This document shows, piece by piece, positions 47,199 to 55,901 of a stretch of DNA of 64,000 bases (position 1 is the stretch's first letter; every line of letters begins with the position of its first letter). The position numbers were made by a program, and so were the translations under genes. The notes beneath the pieces are model-generated. The model did not search any database. It worked only from the letters and a program-made list of their open reading frames with translations, and was not told the origin of the DNA. Origin of the DNA: a virus (lineage: Duplodnaviria > Caudoviricetes); the IMG/VR virus record IMGVR_UViG_3300021197_002039, positions 1,518 through 65,517 of that record. One strand, given 5' to 3'.

Positions 47199-48281
47199 AT
47201 GACTGACAAAGTAAAAATGCTTCTAGACGTGGTAAACGAAGTCAAGAAAGAAGCACCAGAGGATGTTCCAAACTGGAACAGCAAGTTGGCAGAGGCCAAA
47301 GTAAATCTACAGAATCAAATAGCAAAAGGAAGATTGTTACCCAGAGGAGTGGAAGACCATCCATTGGAACACTTCGCGTTCAATTATTCAGTACAGAGAG
47401 ATGTGAGGGCAGGACATGTCATGAACATCATGAAGAAGTTCGACCCCAGGGTGTGTTGCCCTGTGTCTGCAGTCAAACGTTCAGACGGAGAGACACTGTA
47501 CATATTCGACGGACAACACAGAGCAGTCGCATTGGCACTGCTAGGATGGACCAAAATACCAGTTACCATAGTGGAGACAGATGAGCCGGCCTTTGACGCA
47601 GAAGCATTCGAGATAGTGAACGACTCAGGTATATTGAGGGCGGGCACAGAAGAAATACACAGATGCCTGTTACACAGATACAAAATGGGCGAAACAGAAA
47701 CTGAGAGGGTGGCCACAGCACACGCAGTACAGAAAGTGTTCGACGAGTGTGAGATAGACCTAGAACCCAAACGTGTCAGGAAGAGTCCAGGCAAGTGTGG
47801 ACCAAACAAGCACTATTTCTCACATTTTGATTATGCATACAAAGGCATCAAGATGTCAGGTGAACAGGGATTGAAGGACGCACTCATGGCCATCAAATCA
47901 GTGTATGGTGACGAAGAGGGTGGAGAGATCAACCAGGGTCTGTTCATTGGTCTTATGAAGCAATACCAGATGGGTGCAGAGGCAAAGAGATTGAGCAGAT
48001 TGCCTGAGGACTGGATGTTGAAGATGCTTACTACAAACAAAGAAGTGTGTCCAAGTGCCACACTGATACACACCGCCACCAAGAAACAATGGCAACACGC
48101 AAACGGTGTTGGGTGGGACGCACCAGTGGCAATGAGTCACATGCTTAAAGAAGTGTATCAGATAGAACAACCCGAAGGCTTTGAACCGAGCTACATGCCA
48201 AACGTCGCACTGAAACTAGACGAGGGTGACATTGCACCAGACTCAGAGGCACAGACAGCGTTCAACAAATATGTCAAATAA
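47199..48281 (+). CDS. ParB/Srx-like N-terminal domain protein
   Basis: VQRD, LYIFDGQHRAVAL..LG..KIPVTI; SD GGAG; TTGACA-N16-TATAAT at 47095. Confidence 0.65.
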   Translation: MTDKVKMLLDVVNEVKKEAPEDVPNWNSKLAEAKVNLQNQIAKGRLLPRGVEDHPLEHFAFNYSVQRDVRAGHVMNIMKKFDPRVCCPVSAVKRSDGETLYIFDGQHRAVALALLGWTKIPVTIVETDEPAFDAEAFEIVNDSGILRAGTEEIHRCLLHRYKMGETETERVATAHAVQKVFDECEIDLEPKRVRKSPGKCGPNKHYFSHFDYAYKGIKMSGEQGLKDALMAIKSVYGDEEGGEINQGLFIGLMKQYQMGAEAKRLSRLPEDWMLKMLTTNKEVCPSATLIHTATKKQWQHANGVGWDAPVAMSHMLKEVYQIEQPEGFEPSYMPNVALKLDEGDIAPDSEAQTAFNKYVK

Positions 48282-48462
48282 ATTAAGTTATTACATCTGT
48301 CTTGTCACTAGAAACAGCAAGACGGAAGAATACGGATATGGTTTGCCATACAAAGACATCATTGAGGCAGTGTGGGAACACTATGACAATGGTGCGGATG
48401 CAGTTGTAATGGAAATGATAACAGAGGATGAGTTCAATGATAGACTTCCAAAGCCTTATTAA
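48271..48462 (+). CDS. Small hypothetical protein
   Basis: Start at MSNKLS, overlapping the upstream stop. Confidence 0.55.
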   Translation: MSNKLSYYICLVTRNSKTEEYGYGLPYKDIIEAVWEHYDNGADAVVMEMITEDEFNDRLPKPY

Positions 48463-48967
48463 TTTACCGGAGATAAACTTCAAGAGCAAGGGAAGACCAG
48501 AACTCAAGGAACTTGCGGAATACATTGATCACATGAAAGCAGATCTGTTCGATGACCGTTGGAACCAGGTAACAAAGAAGCACATAAAGACATCCTTGGT
48601 GCTGTACATAAGATCCATGCAGAAGCAGTTGGCACCCATGGGATACCATTACAAGGCACAGGACATGGAAGGCAAACAACACCTAGAACATGTAATACCA
48701 CAGAACAAGATCATAACAGCATACCTACATGACAAGATATCAGCAGAAGTTGTACTGCAGATGCCGTTGTGTCTGATTGACGATGCAGACAAGCATATAT
48801 TAGAAGGCGACTGGCAACAGGCCGGCAACTGGGAGTATCCATTCCGTAGATACAAGTTGGCAGGTTACACCAAAGTGATCAAAGATGTGCGTGGCAATGC
48901 TGTTGATCTAGACACATACACCATACAAGATCACTTCCGGATGTTGGGTGTGGTTGACTTATCCTAG
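48428..48967 (+). CDS. Hypothetical protein with HNH-like EHVIP motif
   Basis: HLEHVIP..PLCLI..PFRRY. Confidence 0.55.
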   Translation: MSSMIDFQSLINLPEINFKSKGRPELKELAEYIDHMKADLFDDRWNQVTKKHIKTSLVLYIRSMQKQLAPMGYHYKAQDMEGKQHLEHVIPQNKIITAYLHDKISAEVVLQMPLCLIDDADKHILEGDWQQAGNWEYPFRRYKLAGYTKVIKDVRGNAVDLDTYTIQDHFRMLGVVDLS

Positions 48968-48988
48968 TATTTGTGTATAATTAAAAAC

Positions 48989-49118
48989 AGCAAATCCACC
49001 AGAGCTGGTAAGGTACCAATTCTCATTTGCAATCTAAAAATTAGAGACACTCTATGTCGATGATGGATAGGATAGCCGTAAGGCGAGGTTGGAGTCGATA
49101 ACGGACTGGTGGAGAGCT
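48989..49118 (+). ncRNA. Candidate structured 5-prime leader RNA
   Basis: Follows TTGACT-N16-TATAAT; closing stem TCCACCAG/CTGGTGGA encloses several hairpins including GCC-GTAA-GGC. Confidence 0.4.
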
Positions 49119-49125
49119 AAACATT

Positions 49126-49635
49126 ATGCCAAGCGAGAAAACAAAGAAATTACTGGAAGGACTGGGCAAGATCACAGACTCTGCCCCCAAAGCCTTTGTG
49201 GAGCAGAAGTTCCATTCCTACACCAACAGGTACTATACAAACACACTACACACACTGCCGGCATCCTACGACAAGGCCAAGAGGAAGAAGGACGAGGACG
49301 GTGAGGAGTACATCATGATAGACAGGGTGTATGGATCGTTGTATGACGATCACCTGTTGCAGAAAGATGGTTCCATCTACGCAGGTAAGTTGTACAAAAA
49401 AAGAAGACTAATAACACGCAAGGATCCAATGACCAATGAGAAGAAAAACTTTTATAGTCCTTGCACATCAACAGCAGACGGCAGATGGTTTGATAACACA
49501 GGATTACCTATAGCAGTACCAGACAAATTGGAACCTGAAAAGGTTAAGACAGCAGAAGAAATAGAAGAAGAAAATAGAACCAAGTTTGAAAAGGCCAAAA
49601 ATCGAGAAGCGGCCATACTTGCCAACTTAAAATAA
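49126..49635 (+). CDS. Hypothetical protein
   Basis: 169 aa; TADGRWFDNTGLP motif. Confidence 0.7.
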   Translation: MPSEKTKKLLEGLGKITDSAPKAFVEQKFHSYTNRYYTNTLHTLPASYDKAKRKKDEDGEEYIMIDRVYGSLYDDHLLQKDGSIYAGKLYKKRRLITRKDPMTNEKKNFYSPCTSTADGRWFDNTGLPIAVPDKLEPEKVKTAEEIEEENRTKFEKAKNREAAILANLK

Positions 49636-49716
49636 GCAATAAAATAGCGCCTTCTACGCCAGTTGACGGTTATACCATTACCATGTATAATAGTGGTAAC
49701 AAAGGAGAGAAAGACA

Positions 49717-50070
49717 ATGTATAAATGTTCAGCAAAAGCAAGTTTGGTAGTAGATCAGATTAGATCTAGATGCCAAGAAGACACACAGACAAACAACAAG
49801 TGGAGAGGTAGATCAGGAAACTACATGTACATCATGGGCAGAGAGAATGCCGATGGTAAAGCAACAGGTGTAGTACACAAGATCGCGGAAGATGGATCTC
49901 ACAAGTTGTGTGGGTCATTCAAGATAATGAGTGACGGTATCATAACAAGGTTCACCGGTCTAAGTAAAGCGGACTGGAACAATGCTATGAGAAATGCAGA
50001 GGCAGAGTACAAAGCCAAGTACGAAGCAGAAACAACAGAACCAGCAACAGAACAGAAAGTTGCAGTATAA
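49717..50070 (+). CDS. Hypothetical early protein
   Basis: TTGACG-N17-TATAAT, SD AAGGAG; GRENADGKATGVV..GSFKI..DG.I.RF.GL. Confidence 0.75.
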   Translation: MYKCSAKASLVVDQIRSRCQEDTQTNNKWRGRSGNYMYIMGRENADGKATGVVHKIAEDGSHKLCGSFKIMSDGIITRFTGLSKADWNNAMRNAEAEYKAKYEAETTEPATEQKVAV

Positions 50071-50076
50071 TATTGA

Positions 50077-50140
50077 TTAGTGGGCTCGAGTTCCCCATAG
50101 TGCCAACAAGGCCATATGCATAAAAATCTCGGCCCACTAA
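50077..50140. other. Intergenic inverted repeat with a large loop
   Basis: TTAGTGGGC(T)CGAG ... CTCGGCCCACTAA. Confidence 0.6.
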
Positions 50141-50149
50141 CTAATTAAA

Positions 50150-50794
50150 ATGATGAAAAAATATCTTAAAAGATTCATATACTTCTGTGTAGCGGTTGCA
50201 TTCGTGATCGCAGGTGCCTGGGTTGCCGGTACGTTCAACCCAAACGATTACACAGTGCAAAAGATTGAGGACGAGTTCCACAAGAAAGAAATGAAGATAA
50301 TTCAAGAACTTGGTTTGAAAGAACCAGAATTCGAGTTCTCTGACAAGACTTCTTTCATCAACGCAACGTCCACGTGTGTTTCATATCTGAATTGGACCAC
50401 CGACAAGGACAAGAGGGTTCCGATCAGTATCATTATAGCAATGGCCGGTATAGAGAGTGCGTGGGGTACAAGTAGGTTCGCCACGGAAGGCAATGCACTG
50501 TTTGGTGTGAGGACATGGAGCCTGGACACTGTACCGCACATGAAAGCACTGGGCAATCCAGATGCCAGTTGGGGAGTCAAGAAGTACCAAACAAAATGTA
50601 ATTCGATCAAGGACATGATAAGGATACTGAACACACATCCTGCTTATGAGAAATTCAGATTAGCCAGAGCAGAACAACTGGACGACGGTAAATGGAATTA
50701 CAGACAGTTGATGATGGGCATGACTGCCTGGAGCACTAACCCAGACTATGCGGAAATCATACTCCAAACCATAGTTGACAATAAATTACCTTAA
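50150..50794 (+). CDS. GH73 glucosaminidase (Bax-like) peptidoglycan hydrolase with N-terminal TM
   Basis: IIAMAGIESAWGTSRFATEGNALFG, LNTHPAY..FR, WSTNPDY. Confidence 0.85.
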   Translation: MMKKYLKRFIYFCVAVAFVIAGAWVAGTFNPNDYTVQKIEDEFHKKEMKIIQELGLKEPEFEFSDKTSFINATSTCVSYLNWTTDKDKRVPISIIIAMAGIESAWGTSRFATEGNALFGVRTWSLDTVPHMKALGNPDASWGVKKYQTKCNSIKDMIRILNTHPAYEKFRLARAEQLDDGKWNYRQLMMGMTAWSTNPDYAEIILQTIVDNKLP

Positions 50795-50808
50795 CAGTAT
50801 AATAAGTT

Positions 50809-51168
50809 ATGGGATTCATACAAATGAAACTGCCGAAACGCATCAAGAAAAAGATCGAGAACTCTCGACGCAATCGTGAGGCTCAGGCCAATCACGAGGA
50901 GTGGTTAGCATCACAAGGACTGGACACCTACACACTGAAACAGGCCACAAAAAGATTCAAGGGATATGACATACCCGAGTACAAGCCAGACCCCAATCAA
51001 CCCAAGTGCGGTGACAAGATCCCAGTGAATGGTGGAAACAAAAGAGAAGAGATGAAGTACTCAGGCGAACGTAAACTGTTGGGCATCGGCATGATGCACA
51101 AGAGCAATCTTGTTCCTGTGTGGGACGAGGACGGAGCCAAAGAAATATCTACTATGCGGAGAAATTAG
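50809..51168 (+). CDS. Conserved myovirus hypothetical protein
   Basis: YSGERKLLGIGMMHKSNLVPV..AKEISTMRR; TTGACA-N17-TATAAT-N5-ATG. Confidence 0.75.
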   Translation: MGFIQMKLPKRIKKKIENSRRNREAQANHEEWLASQGLDTYTLKQATKRFKGYDIPEYKPDPNQPKCGDKIPVNGGNKREEMKYSGERKLLGIGMMHKSNLVPVWDEDGAKEISTMRRN

Positions 51169-51226
51169 AGTAAGTATTATCTAATGATCCTGCAAACTTC
51201 AGTGCCACTCAACCAGCGAAAGTGTT

Positions 51227-51637
51227 ATGGTCAAGCAGATAAGTCTATATAATAAAACAGCATTTACTTGCCAACTTTTTGTTAATGGTGCCGCCGCAAC
51301 AACCTCCAAGAACAAGACACAGCACAATTTTAAGATAGATAGTGTGCCCTGTTTGGTACAGATAAAGATATGGCCTTGGAAGATAAAGCCACACATTCGA
51401 TTAGATGGACATTTGGTCAATTATGGATTGGCAGGAATCAAACCATGGGATCATGAGTTAGAGTTTGAACTGCACGAAGATCATGGACAGAGATACTTCA
51501 ACAACATTATTGAAGCAAAAAAGCAGTACCTATCGAGGACAGGCCAGAACATACCAGACAACATGGAGAGTTACGTGGGGGTTAACAACGCATATCCAGA
51601 AATCATAGAACAGATAAAGGACATCATAAAAAAATGA
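51227..51637 (+). CDS. Hypothetical partner of the second B12 radical SAM
   Basis: ATGA overlap with the next gene; beta-rich N-half; start uncertain. Confidence 0.55.
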   Translation: MVKQISLYNKTAFTCQLFVNGAAATTSKNKTQHNFKIDSVPCLVQIKIWPWKIKPHIRLDGHLVNYGLAGIKPWDHELEFELHEDHGQRYFNNIIEAKKQYLSRTGQNIPDNMESYVGVNNAYPEIIEQIKDIIKK

Positions 51638-53079
51638 AATCAATACTGCTCACAAGCATACCCAAGTATGATCTAGTGGCCCCGCCGGCGGCAATAGGCG
51701 TGTTGCAAGGAGTGGCTCAGAGTCATGGGTTACAGACCGCTGTGTTTGATTTCAACCTTCATCTTATGAAAAATCTCACCGACAGCGAGTGGCAGGAATT
51801 GGACAATTGGTGCGTGTTTATAAATCATACAATCCCTGACGTCCTACAACAAAAAATAATAAGGTTATGGGACGAGGGTGTCACCGCCAAATTACCTGCT
51901 GGATGCGAATACCTGTTGATATCCGTGTTTTCTTATTGGAGCCTTTATGTGGCACGACTGCTTATAGCACACGAAAACACAAAGGTAAGACCCTACAAGT
52001 TGATAGTGGGCGGCAACGGGGTCGTCAGCAAGTTCCCCGATACTGATCAATACTTCACTGACTGGAATAAGAAAAATAATTTCATAGAACACTTGATAGT
52101 TGGTGACGGTGAGAAACCACTTGGTGAGTTGTTCTCACAAGGTAAAGTGTCCTACAACAACGACAACATTGATTCATTCCCTTTCCCTACCTACGCAGGA
52201 TATAATCTAGAAGATTACGAAGAGAAAAAAGTGTATATTACCGGATCTCGTGGTTGTGTGAGGAAATGCACATTCTGTGACATCTACAACATCTGGCCCA
52301 AGTTTAGGTACAGGAGTGCAGAATCATTAGTGGCAGAGATCAAAAGTCACTACGAGAGGCATGGTGTCACTAGGTTTGATTTCACAGATTCGCTCATAAA
52401 TGGTTCTGTTTCTAACTTCTACAAGTTCAATTGTTTGTTAGCGGAGGAGAAAGCCAAGGACAAAAACCTAACCGAGGTGGGATACCTGGGACAGGCCATA
52501 TGCAGGCCAAAGAGCCAAATGCCAGAATCACACTACGAGGCCATGTATCATGCAGGTTGTAAACAACTGACCATAGGCATAGAATCGTTTTCCAGCACTG
52601 TGCGTGATCACATGAAGAAGAAGTTCTCAGACGAAGACATCGAGTACCATCTTGAACAATGTAAGTACTGGAATATTCCAAATGTTTTCCTAATGATAAC
52701 AGGATACCCTACTGAAACGATACAAGACCACGAAAAGAATCTAAAGGATCTTGAAAAATACAAGGATTATGCCAAATTAGGTATTATAGAAATGATAAGA
52801 TGGGGGACCACTATGCACCTGATACCAGACACTCCTATAACCAGTGCAGAAAATATAAAGGCATTGGGTCTCAAAGGCAAGAACAATAAGAGTATTGGAT
52901 TTGAACCAGAATCCCAATACTACTGGCACAGTGATACTAACCCCGATCTTACCTTGCAAGAAAGAATAAGGAGAAGAGTCGAACTGCACGAGCAGTCAGT
53001 AAGATATGGTTATCCACAACCGCGTGTTAAGTATGAATTACAAACCGTGCTTGAAATGGCAAAATTACTAAAACAATGA
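51634..53079 (+). CDS. Cobalamin-binding radical SAM protein
   Basis: PPAAIGVL, ISVFS, IVGGNG, VGDGE, GSRGCVRKCTFC, FTDSLING, IGIES, ITGYPTET; paralog of 44657..46081. Confidence 0.9.
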   Translation: MKSILLTSIPKYDLVAPPAAIGVLQGVAQSHGLQTAVFDFNLHLMKNLTDSEWQELDNWCVFINHTIPDVLQQKIIRLWDEGVTAKLPAGCEYLLISVFSYWSLYVARLLIAHENTKVRPYKLIVGGNGVVSKFPDTDQYFTDWNKKNNFIEHLIVGDGEKPLGELFSQGKVSYNNDNIDSFPFPTYAGYNLEDYEEKKVYITGSRGCVRKCTFCDIYNIWPKFRYRSAESLVAEIKSHYERHGVTRFDFTDSLINGSVSNFYKFNCLLAEEKAKDKNLTEVGYLGQAICRPKSQMPESHYEAMYHAGCKQLTIGIESFSSTVRDHMKKKFSDEDIEYHLEQCKYWNIPNVFLMITGYPTETIQDHEKNLKDLEKYKDYAKLGIIEMIRWGTTMHLIPDTPITSAENIKALGLKGKNNKSIGFEPESQYYWHSDTNPDLTLQERIRRRVELHEQSVRYGYPQPRVKYELQTVLEMAKLLKQ

Positions 53080-53321
53080 AGATTAGATATTACAAAGACA
53101 TAGATGGTTGGAGATGGTTGGGTTTCATACTTGCCATGGTAAGTGCATTCACATTGAGTGGCGGTAATCCTGAGGTGCAATGGATTGGATGGGCCGTGGC
53201 ACTGATATCATGTAGCATCTGGATCTGGATGGGCATGAAGGACAAGGACACACCAAGGGCATTGATGGAATTGATGTACCTACTATTGGCGATCAGAGGC
53301 GTCTTCAATTGGTTATCATAA
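53076..53321 (+). CDS. Small 3-TM membrane protein
   Basis: Three hydrophobic segments; coupled start. Confidence 0.7.
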   Translation: MKIRYYKDIDGWRWLGFILAMVSAFTLSGGNPEVQWIGWAVALISCSIWIWMGMKDKDTPRALMELMYLLLAIRGVFNWLS

Positions 53322-53398
53322 AAAAAGTCAACAAAATCAACCATTCTAGCGAGACCAACCCTGGTTGACTCATTTGGAAAATATGCTATAATTGTTGT

Positions 53399-53542
53399 AT
53401 GATTAGACTAATAATACTATTTGCAATCTTCCTAGCGGTATATCCGATGATAGGTGACGGTTGGGCACAGTTCAGCAACGATTTCAATGTTGTGGCAGTG
53501 ACTGACTTTATATCAGAATCGATTGCAAACTTTAACAAATAA
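53399..53542 (+). CDS. Small membrane peptide (47 aa), not in the ORF track
   Basis: MIRLIILFAIFLAVYPMIGDGW...; TTGACT-N16-TATAAT-N6-ATG. Confidence 0.55.
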   Translation: MIRLIILFAIFLAVYPMIGDGWAQFSNDFNVVAVTDFISESIANFNK

Positions 53543-53550
53543 GGAAACAA

Positions 53551-54102
53551 ATGAAAAATATAAGCAAACTGTTTCTTGTACTTGCCGCAGGTTTACTTGT
53601 CGCACAATGTTCGACTTATAAGATCAAACCCGACATGAACAAGAGTGGAGTTATAGACAAAACACCAAAATGGTATGTTGATTATGACCATGAGACTATG
53701 TTCAAGTATGTAGAGACCGGTACAGCCGTGTCACCAGATCTGGAACTGGCTGTGAAGAAAGCAACATTGTTGGCCAAGGCAAAACTTGTAGATAGGATAA
53801 ATGGTGAAGTGAACAACAGAACAACTATCAACAAGAATGAAGCGGGCACTAATGAGGACCTAACTGTATCCGCTGGATCGCAGGACATTGTTGTTAATGT
53901 GATTAGAAATACCCTTGCAAGAGGTTACGAAGTGAGAAAGCAAGAAATCTTTATGACTAAACACAAATCATACAGAGCATACGTGATGGTTGAATTAAGC
54001 AAGAAGGAAGTTGAAGCAATCATAGAAACAATAAACAAGAAAAAAATTGCTTCTATTGATGTTGATGCTATCAACAAACAAGCCGACGAGATACTGAACT
54101 AG
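53551..54102 (+). CDS. LPP20-like lipoprotein
   Basis: Lipobox-like VAQC, PKWY, GTAVSPDL..A..KA...AK..L, YRAYVMV. Confidence 0.65.
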   Translation: MKNISKLFLVLAAGLLVAQCSTYKIKPDMNKSGVIDKTPKWYVDYDHETMFKYVETGTAVSPDLELAVKKATLLAKAKLVDRINGEVNNRTTINKNEAGTNEDLTVSAGSQDIVVNVIRNTLARGYEVRKQEIFMTKHKSYRAYVMVELSKKEVEAIIETINKKKIASIDVDAINKQADEILN

Positions 54103-54106
54103 GACT

Positions 54107-54463
54107 ATGAGAAAACTCTACTATATCATATCCCTACTATTCCTTACACTGGGATTGATCATATTCTCGACCACTGCTGATGCAGGAGGTCCATGGAATG
54201 ATCAATACTGTGATGTTGAAATTACTAAGGTAAGGATAATTGACCAGGACGGTAATGTGGTTGAAAATCTAACAGAAGAAAAATTAGTATGCAAAGACGG
54301 AGCATCAGACTTCCTATATGACATGGGCATAGCAGAGAACTGTGAGATGTACAACTGGGACATGCCTGTTGGAGAAGTGATTATTACACAGAGGCAAGTT
54401 GCCTGCAAAAAAATGGATGGGACTGGATATGAAATTGTTCAAGGTTATCATAGTATTGATTAG
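54107..54463 (+). CDS. Secreted hypothetical protein with paired Cys
   Basis: Signal peptide; C-terminal VACKKMDG. Confidence 0.65.
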   Translation: MRKLYYIISLLFLTLGLIIFSTTADAGGPWNDQYCDVEITKVRIIDQDGNVVENLTEEKLVCKDGASDFLYDMGIAENCEMYNWDMPVGEVIITQRQVACKKMDGTGYEIVQGYHSID

Positions 54464-54878
54464 TTTTTTGCTGGCTACATCGGCATTGGCGGGCAAAACA
54501 ACACCGGATGATGCTAAAGGACACATAGGAAAAATGCCACCTCCTGTCTATTTAGGTGATGATCTCAAATACAGTATGCCTGCTTTCCTATTCAGGACAA
54601 CCCAATACCTTAGATTCAGACTAAAGAAAGAAGAGAAGAAGATGCATGAATCAGCGGTTTTCTTCGCCCTTACAAGCACACAGAACGGCAAGATTGTGAG
54701 TTGGTACAGCAAGAAGCGTCTGGCCGCGGGCAAGGTGCGTGTGATACATTCATACCCAATCTCGGGCGGATACTGCCGTACGTATCAAGCATACATCAAA
54801 GTTAATGGCAAAGAGAGGCATATGACCAACAATGCCTGCAAATATATAGGCACTCCTAGTTGGTCCTTTTATAAATAA
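54429..54878 (+). CDS. 17 kDa surface antigen-like (RT0821/Lpp0805-type) secreted protein
   Basis: Signal peptide; AL..NG..VSW..G.V..GYCRTYQ..VNGK..AC. Confidence 0.65.
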   Translation: MKLFKVIIVLISFLLATSALAGKTTPDDAKGHIGKMPPPVYLGDDLKYSMPAFLFRTTQYLRFRLKKEEKKMHESAVFFALTSTQNGKIVSWYSKKRLAAGKVRVIHSYPISGGYCRTYQAYIKVNGKERHMTNNACKYIGTPSWSFYK

Positions 54879-54912
54879 TCAGTATAAATAAGTTTATAAC
54901 AGGAATTTACAA

Positions 54913-55554
54913 ATGGCAACAGTTCAAGCAAGACATGAAAGAAATGACCCAAATGCAGGAATGCAGGGTGCATACTACACAGTAGACATAGCAATGGGTG
55001 CCTTCTTAGACACAGAAACAATCAACGGTGGAAGACTTTCTCCGTGTGCGGCGAACGACTTTGCTACGAAGCCAACTACACTTGCACAGTCTTTATTAGT
55101 TTCAAGAGGACAATTAAGATACAAGATGATGTTGAACAACCTTCAGATCAGATCGAACTGCAGAATCATAAACATGGTCACGACTTATTCCAGTGACGCA
55201 GGTGATAACCCAATCACAGACATAAACTTTGGTATAGTTTTTGAAAACGACGACTTCGTACCAACAACAGGTACACAGTCAGATGACTCAACTTCTACAA
55301 CAACGAAAGTGTTGTACATCAAAGACAAGATCGCAGAAGCACTTTACGCCTCTCACACAGAGCTTATGACTGTGTTCAATCCAACTTCAGGTGCAGGCCT
55401 TATACAAAACACAGAAGTTTCTGTTGGCCCAGTGTTGCTTGTGAGTCAAGATGAGATTTTAGACGGTATCACAGTTGCAGAAGTGGCTGGATTCAGATCT
55501 AACGTTGACGCAGAAACACCTACAGACAACGCACTAACTTACTCAGCAGAGTAA
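54913..55554 (+). CDS. Putative virion structural protein
   Basis: TATAAATA at 54883, SD AGGA; acidic T/A/D-rich. Confidence 0.55.
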   Translation: MATVQARHERNDPNAGMQGAYYTVDIAMGAFLDTETINGGRLSPCAANDFATKPTTLAQSLLVSRGQLRYKMMLNNLQIRSNCRIINMVTTYSSDAGDNPITDINFGIVFENDDFVPTTGTQSDDSTSTTTKVLYIKDKIAEALYASHTELMTVFNPTSGAGLIQNTEVSVGPVLLVSQDEILDGITVAEVAGFRSNVDAETPTDNALTYSAE

Positions 55555-55587
55555 TTTTTATTTGTTTTTTATTAAAAAAATTTAATA

Positions 55588-55833
55588 TTAATCGTCTGCG
55601 TAGGTTATCCCAGATCCCGATGTTGTGAATTCTGTGCTGTGATCTCCGGATGATCTGTAAGTGGATTTCCATGCCGCCACCCAAATTGCATATTTCGCCT
55701 TTGTAGTTGCCCTGTCGGCTTTGGTGTTTGCTGGCGTTCCTGTGTTGGTTGCATGTGCGATACCGTTGGGTTGGAATGGCCTAGTTGGCCTGTTCAAGGT
55801 GTTTTGGTATCCTGCTAATAGTGTTAGTGCCAT
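55588..55833 (-). CDS. Small late protein
   Basis: TAAATA-N5-ATG start at MALTLLAGY. Confidence 0.6.
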   Translation of the reverse strand: MALTLLAGYQNTLNRPTRPFQPNGIAHATNTGTPANTKADRATTKAKYAIWVAAWKSTYRSSGDHSTEFTTSGSGITYADD

Positions 55834-55901
55834 ACACATATTTACCAAATGTTTCAGTAGCATTAAAACAGGCTTTATGCTATAGTAAATACACTTTATA
55901 A

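Noticed and set aside
51171-51252. Frameshift joining a short ORF at 51184 to 51227..51637
   Set aside because: A TAAGTA-N7-ATG start is suggestive, but there is no slippery site and no homolog evidence available here
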